A DNA stretch of 64,000 nucleotides from Salinispira sp. (GTDB lineage Bacteria; Spirochaetota; Spirochaetia; DSM-27196; Salinispiraceae): NCBI GenBank assembly GCA_965226555.1, contig CBDDDG010000021.1, positions 128,001-192,000 on the forward strand, in the 5' to 3' direction. The position numbers and the translations under genes are program-made. The notes beneath the pieces are model-generated. The model ran no database searches. It had not been told where the DNA came from and saw only the letters and a program-made list of their open reading frames with translations. Shown here piece after piece: positions 58,830 to 64,000 of this stretch; the stretch's first letter is position 1, and each line of letters begins with the position of its first letter.

Positions 58830-58907
58830 AATGACCTTCGCTATATGTGTTATATTTGATGGTCAATTATATATGATGTCGCGGGATGTATCTATAGTGC
58901 CGTTTTT

Positions 58908-59699
58908 TTAGAATCGCCCTTGGCTGAGTTCCCTGTAGGCATCGGTTTCCTCTACGGCTTCGTTTTCCTGTATGAAATCCCATGCGGTGTTTCCGTATTC
59001 ATCTTGCGCATGAACATCGGCGCCGGCATTGATGAGGGTGGTGATAATTTCGGAATTTTCGTTATACCAAGCAGCCAGCATCAGGGCTGTCAATCCATCT
59101 CCAATCCGCGCATGAACATCAGCATCGGCATTCAGGAGGGCGGTGATAATTTCGGGGTTTTGGTTATATCTGGCAGCCCGCATCAGGGGAGTCCATCCGT
59201 TTTCATCCGGTATGTTAACATCAGCCCCGGCATTCAGAAGGGCTGTGATAATTTCGGGATTTTCGTTATATCTGGCAGCCACCATCAGGGAGGTCAATCC
59301 GCCTCCGGTCTGCGCATGAACATCGGCGCCCGCATTCAGCAGAGTGGTAATAATTTCAGGATTTTCGTTATTAAAGGCAGCCGTCATCAGGGCTGTCCAT
59401 TTGTATTCACCCTGCGCATTACCATCAGCGCCGGCCTTCAGCAGGGCGGTAATGGCAGCGGGGTTTTGGTTAATGGCGGCAGCCCATATCAGGGCAGTGT
59501 TTCCGTATTCATCCTCCGCATATGTATTTATGCTTCCTGCGCTCAGTGCCTGCTGTACTTCTTCAGGCGATATGTTTATCCAGTACTCTTTGGCAGCCCA
59601 TTCCTGCTCAGATGCGGAATTGCCTGCCGTTGTCATGCATGAGCTTAGTACGACCACTGTTAGCAGCAGCGCTGAAATGTACGGGTTGATGTTTGCCAT
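58908..59699 (-). CDS. Ankyrin-repeat lipoprotein (about 5 repeats)
   Basis: AGGAGG RBS, lipobox VLSSC, same N-cap (WINISP.EV.QALSAGSI) and C-cap (AWD.IQENE...TDAYREL...RF). Confidence 0.92.
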   Translation of the reverse strand: MANINPYISALLLTVVVLSSCMTTAGNSASEQEWAAKEYWINISPEEVQQALSAGSINTYAEDEYGNTALIWAAAINQNPAAITALLKAGADGNAQGEYKWTALMTAAFNNENPEIITTLLNAGADVHAQTGGGLTSLMVAARYNENPEIITALLNAGADVNIPDENGWTPLMRAARYNQNPEIITALLNADADVHARIGDGLTALMLAAWYNENSEIITTLINAGADVHAQDEYGNTAWDFIQENEAVEETDAYRELSQGRF

Positions 59700-59889
59700 T
59701 GTATCCTCCTGAATAGGTAATCGCGCGTACACGCATTGTACCATGTTTTGCTAAGTATTTACCGTTGGTATTCCAGATTTATCGACACTACCGCCTGTCA
59801 TTTAATTATCTGGTAGCATCAACATCACCCTCACGATTGACAAAAAACGATTGGCAGGGTGTAATGCAGGGGAGGATGTGCGTTCATAC

Positions 59890-60300
59890 ATGCTTACAAA
59901 ACTGATAATAGAGAATTTCAAACTTTTTGAGCGGGCGGAAATTCCGCTCGGCAACGGCTTTGTGTTTATTGGCCCGAACAACAGGGGGAAAACAACTGCC
60001 CTGCAGGCGCTGGCGCTCTGGCATTTTGGGCTGCGGGGCTTTCTCTTGGCAGATCGCACAGACAAGTCTCTGCAAACAACGGGGAATCTGCGGGAATATC
60101 AATGGAAAAAACGTGAAATAGAGAATTATCTCTGCAATAAGCAGGCAATTTCGGATATTCCCTCTTCGCGTTCTTTGCAGAAGAAAGATTTCTACAAACT
60201 GATCGCACACATTCCTGAAAAAGACATTGACCCCGAGGTAAGCGATGTGCTGGACATGGTGCAGCAGGTGGCGGAAGCGGGGGCAACAGTGACCGCATGA
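59890..60300 (+). pseudogene. Miniaturised AAA ATPase/TOPRIM-like gene, still in frame after internal deletions
   Basis: MLTKLIIENFK..F, GPNNRGKT Walker A, then directly DR...WKKREIENYL and a C-terminal helix; no Walker B; 136 aa. Confidence 0.65.
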
Positions 60301-60373
60301 TTGAGCTTAAAACAACGTTGTTTTACGCAATGAATCATGAAAATTTCGAGTTTCCAGAGGTTCCCAGTTTCCA

Positions 60374-62494
60374 TTAGGGCTTTTCTCCAACATTCACCTC
60401 CACAGTTGTCATTGTGTCGTTGCCGAGAATGTCTACCACCTTCACAGCGATCTTACGCCGCCCGGGACTCACCTCGCGTGCCGCGCTTTTCAGTTCCAGC
60501 GAACGATCCTTCCGTGTGCGGAAGCTCTGCCACTCGTTCTCGAAAATATAATTGCCCGTCCACTCCTCGCTGGTCTCACCGATTTCCGAATTTTTCACGC
60601 GGATAATTTCCCGCTTATTTTCGAAGTCGAAGTCAACGCTCCAGTAGTCTATCCAATCTGTCCAGCTCTGGGTTAGTATTTCGCGCTGCACAATTCCCTT
60701 TTTGTCTTTACTCAGCCGTATAACCTGCCCATTTTTCACCACGATTTTGCTGCCTTCCTTCTTCGTTTTGCTCAGCGCATCTTCTGCTTTGATGATGCTG
60801 TCCTGCGAGTAGTAGACCGAGAAATCTGTCAACTCCACTGCCACCGTTGGCGGCGTGCTTTTCTTGCCCGCGCGTACATGCGGTTTTACCTCAATGTAGC
60901 TCACATCGTGAAAAACCACGTGGTTCTTTTCTACCGCCCGTTTGTCGAAGACCTCCGCGGGAATGTATTTCGGCGCAATGTTAATGCCCGTGGACAGAGC
61001 CTCGTTCAGCGAGTTGGGGAAGAGCCCCATTTCGAACTCGAAGCCGAGGATGTCTACCGCGCTCATGTGTTTTTTGCGGCATTCGCGGATGATCTCCTCC
61101 ACAAAGAGCCTCGTTACCGGTAGGTTCACCGGTCCTATCGCCACAAGCCGCCCTGCTCGCGTGCCGTGGAAGCTCTCGAACTGCGTTACCTTTTCCGCTC
61201 CGTAGGCCTTCAGAATGAGGTCGAGGAAGGCAGCCTCCTTCTGCGCCAGTTGCTGCAGCTGTTCCTCCTCGCGCAGGTTAGGATTAATGCCCACAAAATG
61301 CTGGCGCTCGTATTTGCCGAGGTTGAGAATTTCAAAGGCGCGGTAATTTTGCCCCTGCTCTTTACGCTGCCGCTGCACAGCGATCATCCGTTTGCGCGTG
61401 CTGTGAATGGCGAACTTGCCCAGATCCGCGCACATCCATTTGCGCCCCAACTGTTCCGCTACTGCCGCCGTTGTGCCCGAGCCGCAGAAGAAGTCGGCGA
61501 CAAGATCGCCTTCGTTGCTGGATGCTTTAATAATGCGTTCGAGCAGGGCTTCGGGTTTTTGGGTGGGGTAGCCGATTCGTTCATCGGCTAATGGGTTTAT
61601 TATTGGAATATCCCAAACATCATCTACCGGTGTTCCACGTGGATTAGGCTCATATTTTGTTCCTGATGCGCCAACTATTCCACCCCTAGCGTAACCACTG
61701 GTTTCTTTATAGGGAACCCGAACAGCGTCAATATTGAAGATACATTTCTCTGCTTTCCGATACCAGAAGAGGTTGTCGTGCTTCTTTGAGAAATAGTGTG
61801 TTGATCGTCCGCCGCCGGTATAGTGCCAAGCTATTTCATTGAGATGGTTTCCTTGTCCAAAAATCTCATCTAAGCACAGTCGAACTACGGAGTTTACGCG
61901 CCAATCGCAATGCACATAAATACTCCCATCCTCGGCTAACAAGTCCCGCATGAGAATGAGGCGTTCGTAGATCATGGCGATGAAGGAATCGGCGCCCTTG
62001 CCCCAGGTGTCGCGGTAGGCAATTTCCTCAATAATGCTGGGTTTTTTGGTAAAGGTGTCGCCGCCGATCTCAATATTCATGGAGAAATCCGCTCCCACAT
62101 CGAAGGGCGGGTCAATGTAAATGAGTTTCAGCCCGCCCTGTGCCTCAATATCATCGCGCAGCGGCCCGTTCTTGAGGGCTGACAGGATCAGCTTGTTGTC
62201 GCCCCAGATCAGCTTGTTTGTCCAGCCCTTGATCTGCCGTCCCCGCTCATCGGTCGAGAATAACTCCATCTGCTGTGATGTATCATACGGCTTCTCCGCC
62301 CGCGGCTCGTCCACCTGCTCAATGGTCTGGAAGGGCAGCGTAATGTTGCAGACCTCAGTGGTTTTCCCGTTCCAGACAAGTTCGACCTCGCGCGTGTCTT
62401 CGAACAGCAGAAATCGGTACTTCTCCGGCAGCGCCTTGCCCGCCTCAATGCAACGCTCAATTTCCTGTTTTTCCTGTTCAGTCAGTTTCAGCAT
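60374..62494 (-). CDS. Type III Mod-like adenine DNA methyltransferase without adjacent Res
   Basis: [31 protein letters not shown] and [12 protein letters not shown] motifs. Confidence 0.92.
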   Translation of the reverse strand: MLKLTEQEKQEIERCIEAGKALPEKYRFLLFEDTREVELVWNGKTTEVCNITLPFQTIEQVDEPRAEKPYDTSQQMELFSTDERGRQIKGWTNKLIWGDNKLILSALKNGPLRDDIEAQGGLKLIYIDPPFDVGADFSMNIEIGGDTFTKKPSIIEEIAYRDTWGKGADSFIAMIYERLILMRDLLAEDGSIYVHCDWRVNSVVRLCLDEIFGQGNHLNEIAWHYTGGGRSTHYFSKKHDNLFWYRKAEKCIFNIDAVRVPYKETSGYARGGIVGASGTKYEPNPRGTPVDDVWDIPIINPLADERIGYPTQKPEALLERIIKASSNEGDLVADFFCGSGTTAAVAEQLGRKWMCADLGKFAIHSTRKRMIAVQRQRKEQGQNYRAFEILNLGKYERQHFVGINPNLREEEQLQQLAQKEAAFLDLILKAYGAEKVTQFESFHGTRAGRLVAIGPVNLPVTRLFVEEIIRECRKKHMSAVDILGFEFEMGLFPNSLNEALSTGINIAPKYIPAEVFDKRAVEKNHVVFHDVSYIEVKPHVRAGKKSTPPTVAVELTDFSVYYSQDSIIKAEDALSKTKKEGSKIVVKNGQVIRLSKDKKGIVQREILTQSWTDWIDYWSVDFDFENKREIIRVKNSEIGETSEEWTGNYIFENEWQSFRTRKDRSLELKSAAREVSPGRRKIAVKVVDILGNDTMTTVEVNVGEKP

Positions 62495-62505
62495 GTATTG
62501 CTTTA

Positions 62506-63117
62506 TTACCTCTTTGCGATTCCTGAATTCCTGCCCTGCTCTATTTTTCTGTATAATCTCCCGCTGCCCGTATGTCCCCATTCTCCCGTTCTTGCCTGAT
62601 CATTCGAATGATCAGATGCCCCCTGCGACATTCCCTTTGATGGCTGTAACACTCCCATGGAGGGTGTTCGCATGAGTACGCTAATTAATTCTTCAACTGC
62701 CGATCTTCCTTCGAATGTTTGATAACCGGTTGGTTTTCCCGGATATCGCACAATTCCTTGAGAGTTATAGTATGAAAGTTCTTCCTTAGCATATATTTCT
62801 GCAAATTTTGAAGGGTTTGTTCGTACTGCGTTGGTTACAAGGATTACTCCTTTCTCATTATTGCTTAGGTAGTCGACATCTTTCGCGGTATTTAGTTCTT
62901 CTACAGGCCATCCATCGCGTTCCATGCGAATGACCAATTGTTCATATTGATTATCTTCAAATATGCTTTCATTGTTTGAAAGATTGTTTGAAATATTTAA
63001 GGCACTTGCTATGGAGTCAACAATTCCTTGAACTGTCTCACAGGAGGAAAATAAAAGGAGCGATAGGAGAACTATGCACATGTAATGTATTCTAACTTTC
63101 TTGGAGCATTTTTTCAA
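62506..63117 (-). pseudogene. CAP/SCP-domain lipoprotein, apparently C-terminally truncated
   Basis: TTG start, lipobox LFSSC, N..RTNP, A.DHS.DQ...G..GHTGS; the sequence then diverges before the expected ENI/GHR motifs. Confidence 0.6.
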
Positions 63118-63162
63118 TTCAACAAGGATTTTCCAGAAAGCTCTGGAGCCTTATTTCTCATA

Positions 63163-64000
63163 TCAAAACCGCCTGTCACTTAGTTCCCAGTAGGCATCGG
63201 TTCCCTCTAAGGCTTCGTTTTCCTGTATGAGATCCCATGCGGTATCTCCTTCGTCACTCCGCACTTGTACATCGGCTCCTGCATTTAGCAGAGTGATAAT
63301 AATATCGGGATTTTGGTTTTTACTAGCAGCGAACATCAGGGGTGTCGCTCCATATTCATTCCGCGCATGAACATCAGCTCCTGCATTGATGAGGGTAGTA
63401 ATAATATCGGGATTTTGGTTTTCAGTAGCAGCCGCCATCAGGGGAGTCGTTCCGTTTTCATTCCGCGCATTAACATCAGCACCGGCATTCAGCAGGGTGG
63501 TGATGATTTCGGAATTTTCGTTAGACCAGACAGCCGCCATCAGGGGAGTCCATCCGCTGTTATTCTGCGCATGAACATCAGCGCCAGCATTTATGAGGGT
63601 GGTAAGGACATCGAGGTTTTGGTTGTTAGCGGCAGCCACCATCAGGGGAGTCAATCCGTTTTCCTCCCGCGCATGAACATCAGCTCCGGCATTGATGAGA
63701 GCGGTAATGACATCGGGGTTTTGGTTATTATCGACAGCGAACATAAGGGGAGTCGCTCTGTTTTCATTCCGCGCATGAACATCAGCTCCTGCATTGATGA
63801 GGGTAGTAATGACATCGAGGTTTTGGTTATTAGCGGCAGCCACCATCAGGGGAGTCAATCCGTTTTCAATCTGCGCGTTAACATCAGCGCCAGCATTGAT
63901 GAGGGTAGTAATGACATTGGGGTTTTTGTTAACAAAGATAGCCATCATCAGGGGAGTAAATCCGTTTTTATCCCGCGCATGAACATCAGCGCCAGCATTG
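63163..64000 (-). CDS. Ankyrin-repeat protein, 5' end outside the window
   Basis: Same repeat and C-cap family as the 55-59 kb genes; repeats continue to the window edge. Confidence 0.93.
   Translation of the reverse strand, partial: NAGADVHARDKNGFTPLMMAIFVNKNPNVITTLINAGADVNAQIENGLTPLMVAAANNQNLDVITTLINAGADVHARNENRATPLMFAVDNNQNPDVITALINAGADVHAREENGLTPLMVAAANNQNLDVLTTLINAGADVHAQNNSGWTPLMAAVWSNENSEIITTLLNAGADVNARNENGTTPLMAAATENQNPDIITTLINAGADVHARNEYGATPLMFAASKNQNPDIIITLLNAGADVQVRSDEGDTAWDLIQENEALEGTDAYWELSDRRF

Noticed and set aside
55388..59712. Plus-strand repetitive ORFs (MNISAGIDEGGNDI...)
   Set aside because: Antisense shadows of the ankyrin repeats.
55184..64000. A complete diversity-generating retroelement in the window
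   Set aside because: No reverse transcriptase, Avd or adenine-rich template repeat was recognised, and NNG variation is atypical of DGRs. Kept only as an in-trans hypothesis.

Overview
Bacterial chromosomal window, most likely from a host-associated spirochaete. This is inferred from the smpB-PEGA-lepB-lepB arrangement, spirochaete-type lipoproteins and a Bdr/DUF1640-like protein; the ankyrin, Fn3/DUF285 and methyltransferase load resembles marine-invertebrate (sponge) symbionts. Core genes: aroK, an nqrBCDEF/rnfDGEA-like operon without NqrA/RnfC, hisN, smpB, two signal peptidases, LysM-M23, two GH3, GNAT, glgA, GH4, an msmK-like ATPase, rsmE, fabH, addAB-like, nadA and lipA. Accessory DNA is interleaved: five DNA methyltransferases, a defence island at 28.7-37.9 kb, an Rpn gene, three Fn3+DUF285 lipoproteins, a tandem ankyrin-gene cluster at 55-64 kb and several internally deleted gene relics. 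Best leads: (1) an uncharacterised three-gene module (TIGR04255-like / helical / ART-like) overlapping the front of a type III R-M locus, divergent from a Schlafen/AlbA_2 gene; (2) an ankyrin 'library' whose binding-face codons vary at positions 1-2 while the wobble base stays fixed; (3) a poly-G ON/OFF switch in surface-lipoprotein signal peptides; (4) an intragenic RpnS-type antitoxin start; (5) many genes with leaderless-mRNA promoter geometry; (6) modular REP-like repeats. No tRNA, rRNA, cas gene or reverse transcriptase was recognised. All family calls are from motif recognition by eye; no database searches were run.
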